Positions 44,410 through 53,028 of a DNA stretch of 61,573 bases are shown piece by piece. This DNA comes from a virus (taxonomy: Duplodnaviria > Caudoviricetes): IMG/VR virus record IMGVR_UViG_3300036791_000517, positions 1 to 61,573 of that record. One strand, given 5' to 3'. Every line of letters starts with the position of its first letter. Position 1 is the stretch's first letter. A program made the position numbers and the translations under genes. The notes beneath the pieces were generated by a model. The model saw only the letters and a list, made by a program, of their open reading frames with translations, did no database searches and was not told where the DNA came from.

Positions 44410-44888
44410 TGGCTCTAGCCGAAATGGACTTCCCTGCTGGTCCGCTCGTTGGGCAGCACTTCACCAATGCCTACGGCACGGTCTATCTGTGGGACGGCGA
44501 GAAGTGGACGATCGACGCCGAGCCGTTGCTGGTCGTGCAAGTGCCGCTCAATTTCGACATCCTCTCGCAGATCCGCGTGTTGCTGCAGGACACTGACAAT
44601 ACGATCGGGCAGTACCGCTACACCGACGCCGAGCTGATCGCCAATATCAACATGGGCTTGTTGGAGATGTATCGAATCCGGCCCGACATTTTCCTCCAGC
44701 TCAATTTTCAAATACCGCTTGTCACGACCGATCTCAGCGTGCCATGGCCGCTCGAACCGCAATACGCACCGTCGATCGTTTACTACGCTGTCGGCATGGC
44801 GCAGATGCGTGATGACGAGGCGACGCAGGATGCTCGGGCATCGAGTTTCCTGGGCAAGTTCACGTCCATGCTGATCGCTGCTGCTTAA
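44409..44888 (+). CDS. Head-tail adaptor-like protein with N-terminal fibre-docking module
   Basis: MDFP...GQ.F....YLWDGEKW followed by R.LLQD...RY.D.EL...N......RPD. Confidence 0.7.
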   Translation: MALAEMDFPAGPLVGQHFTNAYGTVYLWDGEKWTIDAEPLLVVQVPLNFDILSQIRVLLQDTDNTIGQYRYTDAELIANINMGLLEMYRIRPDIFLQLNFQIPLVTTDLSVPWPLEPQYAPSIVYYAVGMAQMRDDEATQDARASSFLGKFTSMLIAAA

Positions 44889-44902
44889 CCCCGGAGGTTG
44901 TC

Positions 44903-45523
44903 ATGGCTTCCGTTTTCGATCGTATCTTCGCCGATGTTCGCAAAGACTTGCCGAGCGTGGCTGACGCGGTGCTGCGACAGGAGCTGTTCCGGGTGATGGA
45001 CGACTTCACCCAGCACACCAACATCTGGCAGGAGACGCTGACGGTCAACATCCTGCCCGACATTGCCAGCTACGTTTTACCGGCGACGACGGCCGGTCAG
45101 ATCAATCGTCTGATGTTTGTTTACGATGTAACTCAGCCGGTCATGAGTTGGCCAATGGGCGGCATTATGATGCGCGTGCCTGGGGTGATGGTGCTGCCGC
45201 GGACGCTGGGCAATTCGGCGACATGGGGTGCCATCGTTGCCAAGCGAACCAGCGATGTCGATGCTACGACGCTCTATCCGGTGGTCGACGATTGGATCCC
45301 CGACAAATACGCCGACACGGTGGGACGCGGGGTCCTCGCCCGGCTGATGGTCGAGCCACAGAAACCCTATTCCAACCCGATGCTCGCCCAGGCCAACCAG
45401 AAGGCGTACATCTCCGGTCGGTCGATGGCGCGTGCCAACGATGGTCACGCCAACGTGTTCAACGCTCAGAACTGGGCGTATCCGCAGAGCTTTGCGACTG
45501 TCACGCGCAAACCATGGACTTGA
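44903..45523 (+). CDS. Tail adaptor/tubular protein (putative)
   Basis: DF...T.IWQE and G.LARLM..P.KPYSNP.LA. The SD lies inside a family B palindrome. Confidence 0.7.
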   Translation: MASVFDRIFADVRKDLPSVADAVLRQELFRVMDDFTQHTNIWQETLTVNILPDIASYVLPATTAGQINRLMFVYDVTQPVMSWPMGGIMMRVPGVMVLPRTLGNSATWGAIVAKRTSDVDATTLYPVVDDWIPDKYADTVGRGVLARLMVEPQKPYSNPMLAQANQKAYISGRSMARANDGHANVFNAQNWAYPQSFATVTRKPWT

Positions 45524-45526
45524 GCG

Positions 45527-46240
45527 ATGTTCACGATCAAACATCTTTTCCATTCACCTAAAGGCGACGGCACCGATTCGTCACTTGTTCGGCCGTCGAA
45601 TTGGAACGACACGCATGACGTCGAAGCGTCGGTCGACGGCGTCGTGATCGGCCGGGCGGTAGGTGCTGGTCCGGGATCGATGACCGAACTGCCGATCACG
45701 TCGATAATTCCGCCCGGGTTCGTGACGTTGTTTGCGGGCGCGGCCGCGCCGACGGGCTGGCTTCTGTGCAACGCTCAAATTGTCAGTCAGCTCACTTACC
45801 CTGCGCTCTATGCGGTGATCCTCGGTACTTACAATTTGGGTGGTGAAACATCGCAGCAGTTTCGTGTGCCTGATCTGCGTGGTCGCGCGCCTTTTGGCCC
45901 CGATGCGGGCACCGGGCGTATTACGGCGTACATTCCCAATGCCAGCACACCGGGCAGCGGCGGTGGTCAGCAGCAGAATCAGCCGCGAGTTTACGGCACC
46001 GTCGATGTCAGCGTTTCCGGCAGTGTATCGGGTACGACCGGTGGACCGTCTGGGCCATTCCAGAGTGTGCCAAATGGCGCTGATGTCGGTGTCGCGACGT
46101 CGGGTCATACCCACGCTTGGAGCGAAGTCAATATTACGTTTAGCGGTTCTGGCGGCATTCGCAACGATGGCAATAACGTGACAGATGCGATGTCGAATTT
46201 GCCGCCGCTGATCATCATGAATTACATCATTAAAACCTGA
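45527..46240 (+). CDS. Phage tail-collar domain protein
   Basis: PPG...FAG..AP.GWLLC......YPALYAV....F.VPDLRGR ... NLPP...NYIIK. Confidence 0.88.
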   Translation: MFTIKHLFHSPKGDGTDSSLVRPSNWNDTHDVEASVDGVVIGRAVGAGPGSMTELPITSIIPPGFVTLFAGAAAPTGWLLCNAQIVSQLTYPALYAVILGTYNLGGETSQQFRVPDLRGRAPFGPDAGTGRITAYIPNASTPGSGGGQQQNQPRVYGTVDVSVSGSVSGTTGGPSGPFQSVPNGADVGVATSGHTHAWSEVNITFSGSGGIRNDGNNVTDAMSNLPPLIIMNYIIKT

Positions 46241-46249
46241 GGTCTTGAT

Positions 46250-46534
46250 ATGGTGTCAAAAAAGAATTCTCCAATAACTGACGTGACGGACGCCGAGGAT
46301 GTGCCGGTTGTTGTGTCTCCGGTTGTGTCTGAGAAAACCCGGCTTGAGATGGAAGCTGGTCGTGCCGCTGCTCAGGAGAATGCGGCCAAAATGGCGCAAG
46401 CCGAGGCGGCGCGCCTCGCCGATGAAAAGGCCAAGCTGACCGCTGAAGCCGAGGAAAAGCAAAAACAGGCTGACGATAAACTTCGCGCCGTCGAGGAAGC
46501 CGAAGCGGCGCACCGGGCAAAAGCGGGAGCCTGA
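46250..46534 (+). CDS. Small coiled-coil protein
   Basis: A/E/K-rich. The start overlaps family A site 46245. Confidence 0.7.
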   Translation: MVSKKNSPITDVTDAEDVPVVVSPVVSEKTRLEMEAGRAAAQENAAKMAQAEAARLADEKAKLTAEAEEKQKQADDKLRAVEEAEAAHRAKAGA

Positions 46535-46536
46535 TC

Positions 46537-48612
46537 ATGCCGGTCATCAAGCTCGAACAGTTTGGTGGACAGATCCCGATGCTTGATGCGCGGCTGCTGC
46601 CGCCGCAAAATTCTGTCTATTGCGAGAACGCCTTTCTGCAACCCGGTAGGCTCGAACCGCTGGCCGCCGATATTCCGATCCATACGCTGGCCGATCCGAA
46701 CGCGCGCTACGCTTTTCGGATCCCTATCTCAAGTCCGTCAATCGACAACATGCTCGACAGCTATTGGCTAGAGTTCGATGTCGTCAGCACGTTCGTGGTG
46801 CGCTCGCCAATCACGGATGAAGCCAACGGCGGAAGTTTTTATTTTGCCAATGGGCAGATGACCCCGGGCTACACAACGAAAAATCGTATCGCTAATGGCG
46901 GTCCTATTTCGCCGCCAGTTTTAAGTTCTCTGGTTGGCAGTACGACGGGCGGCATGCTTCCAGCAGCCACTCAATATTTTTATGTCGTTACGGCAGTGAA
47001 CGGAAACGGCGAGACGTTGAAGTCTAATGAGCTGTCGACGACGACTGGTACGGGGGCCACAAACAGTGTCACGGTCAACTGGGCGGCCGTTACTGGTGCG
47101 ATTGGTTATAAGGTCTATCGTGGCACCACTGCGGGTACTGAGAATGTCCATTACAGCCCCGTTGGTACCAGCACGACTTTTATCGATACAGGGGCAGCGT
47201 CGACAGCAGGTGCTCCGCCGGTCAACGAATCGACAAACCCTAACTTGATATTGGGCATTCCCCGGCCCGAAGTGGCCCCGACTGTCGTGCCGACCGACAC
47301 GACAACCGCGCCGACTGAATCGCGAGCTTACGTCTATACATGGGTGTCAGCTGATGGCGAGGAAGGCCAGCCGAGCCCGCCAACGATCGCGTTAGGATCG
47401 GCTTCCGCTGGCATTTGGAATCTTACGATGACGCCGCCGACGGTGACCGATACGGCCAACCGTACTCTGACAACGCTGCGCATCTATCGCACGGAGACCG
47501 GCACGGACGGCACTGTCGCATTTTTCTTTGTCGCCGAGCTGCCAATCACGACGACGACGTTCGCTGACAACATCCCAAGCACCACCGTCGTTAATAGCGG
47601 CATACTGGCCAGCGAGGATTGGGCGGCTCCACCGACCGATCTTGTAGGTCTGGTGTCGATGCCGAACGGCATGGTGGCGGGTTGGCGCAACAACGAGGTG
47701 TGGTTTTGCGAGCCTTACCGGCCGCATGCATGGCCGGTCAAATATATGGTCGGCGTCGAGAGCCCGGTCGTTGGCCTGGGCACGATCGATCAGAACCTGA
47801 TGATCTTGACAGACGGTCAACCCTACGTCGCGACCGGCGTGCATCCTTCGGTGATGGCTCTGCGCAAGGTCCAGCCGCTCGAACCGTGCACTTCTTCCGG
47901 TTCGATTGTCAGCTCGCCCAACGGCGTGCTTTACACCTCGAACAACGGCTTGATCATGATTGGCCCGGCTGGTGGTCAGAATTTAACATTTAACACGATC
48001 CGTAAGGATGAATGGTCACAGTTGTTGAACCTGCGCACCGTTCGCGCGTCGTTTTTCATGAACGGCTACTATGCTTACTCCAGCGCGATCGATGGCGTTT
48101 TTCAGGACGACACTTTCGAGGTAGCGGACGCTTTTCAGGTGCCGGATTACACCGGCACGTTGGTGGGTGCGTATATTGCTGGTGATCCGCATCTCGGTTT
48201 CATGACCCTGACTTGCGACACGCCGACCTACAATGTGTTGACCGATCTGTGGACCGGCGAGACGATGGTCATTCGCAATGGCCAGGTGTTTCACGTCGAT
48301 CGTCGGCAGCACAATCCGCGTCAAAGCTATCGCTGGCAGTCGAAAATTTTCCAGTTGAAATTCAAAGACAATCTGGCGGCAGCGAAGATTTTTTATGATC
48401 TGCCACCGGGACTGCCGATCACCGGCAGTCAGCTGTTCAAACTCTATACCGATGAGAAGCTCAGATACACTCGGGCAATCCCGCCGTCCGGTCAGCAGTT
48501 TCGTCTGCCGTCCGGTTACAAAGCGGACTTTGCCCAGATCGAACTGTCGGGTCAGCTGATGATCTACAATGTGCAGGTCGCAACATCGGCCCGTGAATTG
48601 CGAGAAGTGTGA
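46537..48612 (+). CDS. Tail stabilisation/nozzle protein with Ig/FN3-like insert
   Basis: F.G..P....RLLP N-terminus, YVYTWV...GEEG.PS, F.EPY.PHAWP and FRLPSG. Confidence 0.75.
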   Translation: MPVIKLEQFGGQIPMLDARLLPPQNSVYCENAFLQPGRLEPLAADIPIHTLADPNARYAFRIPISSPSIDNMLDSYWLEFDVVSTFVVRSPITDEANGGSFYFANGQMTPGYTTKNRIANGGPISPPVLSSLVGSTTGGMLPAATQYFYVVTAVNGNGETLKSNELSTTTGTGATNSVTVNWAAVTGAIGYKVYRGTTAGTENVHYSPVGTSTTFIDTGAASTAGAPPVNESTNPNLILGIPRPEVAPTVVPTDTTTAPTESRAYVYTWVSADGEEGQPSPPTIALGSASAGIWNLTMTPPTVTDTANRTLTTLRIYRTETGTDGTVAFFFVAELPITTTTFADNIPSTTVVNSGILASEDWAAPPTDLVGLVSMPNGMVAGWRNNEVWFCEPYRPHAWPVKYMVGVESPVVGLGTIDQNLMILTDGQPYVATGVHPSVMALRKVQPLEPCTSSGSIVSSPNGVLYTSNNGLIMIGPAGGQNLTFNTIRKDEWSQLLNLRTVRASFFMNGYYAYSSAIDGVFQDDTFEVADAFQVPDYTGTLVGAYIAGDPHLGFMTLTCDTPTYNVLTDLWTGETMVIRNGQVFHVDRRQHNPRQSYRWQSKIFQLKFKDNLAAAKIFYDLPPGLPITGSQLFKLYTDEKLRYTRAIPPSGQQFRLPSGYKADFAQIELSGQLMIYNVQVATSARELREV

Positions 48613-48806
48613 TGGCTATAACTTTTCCGACGGTTCCTTCTCCCAGCGATACGCCACAATCGCTTTATCAATCTATCGACGCGCTTAAGCAAACCGTCGA
48701 AATCATGAGCGGCAATTTGCCGGGTAAGCAGACGACACCGAAAACCGACGCGGCGTTCGCCAATGCAGTGGCGATTTCGAAAGTGACAAAAGCGAACCAT
48801 CCCTAG
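48612..48806 (+). CDS. Small hypothetical tail-region protein
   Basis: TGATG coupling. ALKQTVEIM.G. Confidence 0.65.
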   Translation: MAITFPTVPSPSDTPQSLYQSIDALKQTVEIMSGNLPGKQTTPKTDAAFANAVAISKVTKANHP

Positions 48807-48815
48807 GAGACGACG

Positions 48816-50306
48816 ATGGCAAACACCGGTCCGCTCGATCTCGATATGTACATCCGGGGTGTGACCAATCAGGCGTATCAGAATTGGGCCGATCAGCAGC
48901 AGCAGATGGACTGGGCGAAGTCGCAGTTTGCGCAGAATGCGGGAACGGCTGGCACGGTGACCGGCCGGGCACTCGATACCAGCAAGGCGATGAGCGACGC
49001 GGCTATGTCGGATCGTGCGCTCTATGAGGGCACCTACGTTCCGGCGATGCAGCAGCAGATGGATTTCGCCCGCGGTTATGCTTCGCCGGAGCGCATCGCG
49101 GCGGCACAGGGGGCGGCGGGCGCGACGTCACAAATATCGTCACAAGCAGCAGCTGATGCGGCAAAGCGAACCTTGGGGAGCTATGATATCGATCCGTCGG
49201 CCGGGCGCTTTGCCGGGCTCGATGCCGGTTTGCAAGCTAAAGCTGCAGCCGATGCTACTGCTCAGGAAACCACGGCAGGTCGCCAGACTGAGCAGCTGGG
49301 GCAGCAGTATCTTGCCAACGCCATCGCGACCGGCGCGGTGCTGCCCGGTCAGGTCGTGAACGAGGCGGGTGCGGGCATGGCGGCAGGCAATCAGGCGGTC
49401 AATACCGGTCTCGCGACAACGGCGTCGGGCGCGGCGACAATGGGCACGCCGATGCAGTGGAACCAATTGGGAATGAGCGCCTACAATCAGTGGCCGGTCG
49501 CCGCCAACATGCAGACGAGCGCTGGCTTGACGGCCAATGAGCAACAGATCCAACGGGAACAGCTGGCGAACCAGAGTTCGAGCGGCATCGGCGCAGCGAT
49601 CGGCGGCATCGGCGGTCTGCTGGGTGGCGTCGGCAAGTTGGCCGGTGGCGTGGGTGGCACGGGTGGCTGGGGAAGTATCTTCGGCGCTGGCACCGGGGGC
49701 GGCAGCGGTGGCGCTGGCGGTGGCATTTCGAACGTGTCGCCGGGCGGCTACACGACGGCCCAAGCCATGGGTCCGGGCATGGCGGGTGGTGCTGGCATAT
49801 ATGGCGAGGAAGGCGGCATGGTTCCGGCGATGGCGGGTGGCGGCTTCCTCGGTGACATCCTTGGTACCGTAGGCGAGGTCGCGGGATCGTTTATCCCCAT
49901 TCCTGTCGTTGGACCGATGATCGGCAAGGCGGCGGGTAACGCTATAGGGGACGCCGTTACTGGTGACAGCAGTCAAATTGGCAGCGACGTTGCAAGTGAC
50001 ATGAGCTTCGGCCTTGCGGCGCGCGGCGGTTCAATTGACAAAGTGTCAAACAGCGTTCCGCCGTCGGCGTCGCCCAGTCGCGGCGCAAAGGTCGACGATG
50101 TACATGCGCTTTTGAACGAAGGCGAGTTCGTCGTGCCCAAGGATGTCGCCAGCTGGTATGGTGAGAAATATCTTCAGGGCTTGATCGAAAAAGCCCACCG
50201 CGAAATGGCGGGTCCAAAAGCTGAACCGGAGCAGGCACCGATGCCGCAGGCGATGGCGATGTCGCCGCCAGCGTTCATGTCGGCCGGTGCGAGGGGGGCA
50301 GCATGA
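48816..50306 (+). CDS. Internal virion/ejection protein with C-terminal GG...GEFVV domain
   Basis: Ala/Gln helical region, IDPSAGRF, Gly-rich hydrophobic stretches, AARGG...DDVHALLNEGEFVVP.DV...G. Confidence 0.75.
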   Translation: MANTGPLDLDMYIRGVTNQAYQNWADQQQQMDWAKSQFAQNAGTAGTVTGRALDTSKAMSDAAMSDRALYEGTYVPAMQQQMDFARGYASPERIAAAQGAAGATSQISSQAAADAAKRTLGSYDIDPSAGRFAGLDAGLQAKAAADATAQETTAGRQTEQLGQQYLANAIATGAVLPGQVVNEAGAGMAAGNQAVNTGLATTASGAATMGTPMQWNQLGMSAYNQWPVAANMQTSAGLTANEQQIQREQLANQSSSGIGAAIGGIGGLLGGVGKLAGGVGGTGGWGSIFGAGTGGGSGGAGGGISNVSPGGYTTAQAMGPGMAGGAGIYGEEGGMVPAMAGGGFLGDILGTVGEVAGSFIPIPVVGPMIGKAAGNAIGDAVTGDSSQIGSDVASDMSFGLAARGGSIDKVSNSVPPSASPSRGAKVDDVHALLNEGEFVVPKDVASWYGEKYLQGLIEKAHREMAGPKAEPEQAPMPQAMAMSPPAFMSAGARGAA

Positions 50307-53026
50307 CGCTCAGAAACGAGATCTTCGAGGGACTGGGTGCGGCACAAGCCGCTCAGAACCTCGTTAGCAATCCGCACAACGACTACTACGAGGCGTTGGC
50401 TAATCGGGCGCGTCAGCTTAACCAGCAGGATGCTGAAGATCGCGCTCAAATGAAAAAGAACCGAGAGGCGGCGCAAGCGGGCGGCATTCCGCCCAACGTG
50501 CCGACGGTTGCCGTACCGACGGCGGCTTCGACGGCGACACCTGGTGCGCCACCGCCGCCAGCGATCCGTGCGCCGACAACGGCGCCGCCACCGCCGTCGC
50601 CAATAGCCGCTTCATCGATGCCGCCGACAACCGATCAGGGGACCGCCATAGGGGGTATGCAGCACGGTGGTGCTATTCGCGTCGATGCACCGATGATGTA
50701 CCGGCGCGGCGGCGACGTCGTGCAAGGCGATCGTCAACCTGTCCCGCTCGTCAGAAGGCCGTCGGCAAACGACGACGATGAAGATCAACCGCGTGGCGTT
50801 GTCATGCCGTCGCCTCCGGTTGAGTTTTACCAGCGCAACGACCCGACGCGGAATTCGCCTTTCGGCTATACCTCCGATCCGAACTACGGTCAGCGGCCTG
50901 ACATACGGCAACGGTGGGACGACAGCTCGCATCCGGGCGGCGTTGCCTATCGGCGCGGCGGCAACGTTCAGAGGTTTGAACGCGGCGGTTCGTCCGAGCG
51001 GGGGTATGACGGCACGTCGGATGATAATCAGTCGCCGTTGCCCTTGGCACCGGGTCTGCGCACGCCGCCTTATTCACCGCAGGTTGCGCTTCAGACGACG
51101 GTCCCGGGCAATACGACGGATCCGACGGATCCCGGTGGCGAGGTCGATCCGAGCGATCCCGATGTGATCACCAAGCAGATGCTGGATCTTGCGGGCGGGA
51201 CGGCGGCGCAACGGATCAATCGTGTCGTTGGCGAACCTTGGGGCGTGCTCGGTCCGACGTCCGAATGGCGGGCCGAAGGCGATAAATACCGTGCCGAGCA
51301 GCAAGAAAAGGGACGCCAGCAGGATACGCGCGAAGCGCGTGCGCTGGAAACTTCAGCGCCGACTGTTGCACCGACGTCGAAATTCGAACGAGCCGCGTCG
51401 GCGGTCAATCGTTTCGTCAGTCCGGAAGGGTCGCTGGGCGAGTACGAGCGCAACCAGAAAGAGCTGAAGCGTCTACGTGATCTGAACAGCACGAGCATTT
51501 TTGCGCCCAGCGATCCCGCTGAGGAGCGTCAGCGCCAGGAAGCGGCTGATGCGTTGGCGCGTGAGCGAGGGGCACGCAATAAGATCGATGTCAGCGGCGC
51601 CACAAAATCGATCGACGACTATGTCGACTGGCGCAATCGTACGTTGGATGCGGCCGATCGGGCGACGCGGCCGAGTGGACCGACCGGTCAGACGATAGCG
51701 CAAGCGCCGCCGCCGGGCGCAGGGGCAGCGCAGTCGCCGACTATGGCGCCGAAGCCTGATCAAGCCCTAAACCCTGCGCCGCCATGGCTGCAGGACGCTT
51801 CTAGCATCCCGCCCGAAGCCTTGATGCAGCCGCCGCCTGTCGGTGCGGGGGCTGGTACAGCGGCGGGACCGGGAGAACAGCAAGCGGCGCGAGATCAGCA
51901 GCAACCAACGGGACCGGTACGTGTTGCTCCTAATTCGCAGCCGCCGACAACCCAGCCACCGCCGACAACGCAGCCGCCGACAACCCAGCCACCGCCGACA
52001 ACGCAGCCACCGCCGACAACGCAGCCACCGCCGACAACGCAGCCGCCGGCGACAACCCAGCCGCCGCCGACAACCCAGCCGCCACCGCGTGCCGTGCAAA
52101 CGGGCGCGCCGCCCGTGCCAGCGCCGCCGCCCGGCTCGATGAGTGATCCTCGCCGGGCAGCGGCGTACGATCCGACAGTAGATTACAACGACCCGACACG
52201 CCGCCGTACCAACGACGAGCTGGCTCAGGTGTTGGTCGGTGCTGGGACTCAGGCACAGGCGCGGCCCAACGGCCAGCCACCGCCAGTTGGCGATCAGGCC
52301 GTGAGCCGTGTCGTTGGGCAGGCTTACGTCAACCGCTACAGCAATGGCGGTCAGTTCGAGCCGGGTGAGGCGATCCTGCGCGGTATGCTGAGCGATTATA
52401 AAACGCTGCTGTCGCAAGGTCGTGTCGAGCAGGCCAATAAGATGGCCTACGGCCTGGTTCAGTATGCCAACCTCGAAGCGGCCAGCCATGCCCATGTCGC
52501 TGCCGACAAGGTGAAGGCTGGCGATTTCCATGGGGCGTTGCGCGAGATCGCAGCTGCGGCAACTTGGTTGCCCGACGGTATGACGCACAAGGTTGGCCCA
52601 GACGGTCGATCGCTCATCACGAGCGATCCACGGACCGACAAGGTGACGGCGGTCACGCCGGTCGATGGCCGCTGGCTGTTGGCGGCAATCGGTGGCTTCA
52701 CCAACGGCGATCTGTTGTGGCAGACGTTGGGAGCGGCCGCGGCGCAGCTCAAGGGATCGCCCGATCGAGGCGCTGAGGGTCGCGAGCTCAACAATGCGAT
52801 CCGTCGCAACACGCTGCTCCTGCAGGATCAACGGTTGCGGCGCGGCCTCGCTACGGGTCGTGGCGGTGGCTTGCCGCTGAGCGACGCCGAGAGGCGGGCG
52901 CGCGAGATTGTCGCCCGTAGTCAACCGGGAGGCGGAGACAGGTCGACCGCCGACGGATCGACGAGATCCCAAGGCGGCGGTGAAGGCAGCGTCGATGAAC
53001 CGCCTCCACCGCCTGACGAGAGCTAG
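50303..53026 (+). CDS. Large Pro-rich internal virion protein with four xxGG motifs
   Basis: 907 aa, ATGA coupling. MQHGG, YRRGG x2 and FERGG. Confidence 0.8.
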   Translation: MTLRNEIFEGLGAAQAAQNLVSNPHNDYYEALANRARQLNQQDAEDRAQMKKNREAAQAGGIPPNVPTVAVPTAASTATPGAPPPPAIRAPTTAPPPPSPIAASSMPPTTDQGTAIGGMQHGGAIRVDAPMMYRRGGDVVQGDRQPVPLVRRPSANDDDEDQPRGVVMPSPPVEFYQRNDPTRNSPFGYTSDPNYGQRPDIRQRWDDSSHPGGVAYRRGGNVQRFERGGSSERGYDGTSDDNQSPLPLAPGLRTPPYSPQVALQTTVPGNTTDPTDPGGEVDPSDPDVITKQMLDLAGGTAAQRINRVVGEPWGVLGPTSEWRAEGDKYRAEQQEKGRQQDTREARALETSAPTVAPTSKFERAASAVNRFVSPEGSLGEYERNQKELKRLRDLNSTSIFAPSDPAEERQRQEAADALARERGARNKIDVSGATKSIDDYVDWRNRTLDAADRATRPSGPTGQTIAQAPPPGAGAAQSPTMAPKPDQALNPAPPWLQDASSIPPEALMQPPPVGAGAGTAAGPGEQQAARDQQQPTGPVRVAPNSQPPTTQPPPTTQPPTTQPPPTTQPPPTTQPPPTTQPPATTQPPPTTQPPPRAVQTGAPPVPAPPPGSMSDPRRAAAYDPTVDYNDPTRRRTNDELAQVLVGAGTQAQARPNGQPPPVGDQAVSRVVGQAYVNRYSNGGQFEPGEAILRGMLSDYKTLLSQGRVEQANKMAYGLVQYANLEAASHAHVAADKVKAGDFHGALREIAAAATWLPDGMTHKVGPDGRSLITSDPRTDKVTAVTPVDGRWLLAAIGGFTNGDLLWQTLGAAAAQLKGSPDRGAEGRELNNAIRRNTLLLQDQRLRRGLATGRGGGLPLSDAERRAREIVARSQPGGGDRSTADGSTRSQGGGEGSVDEPPPPPDES
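51938..52086 (+). repeat. Coding tandem repeat (15-18 bp units, TTQPP[P] x8)
   Basis: cagccgccgacaac(c/g) units. Confidence 0.9.
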
Positions 53027-53028
53027 CT

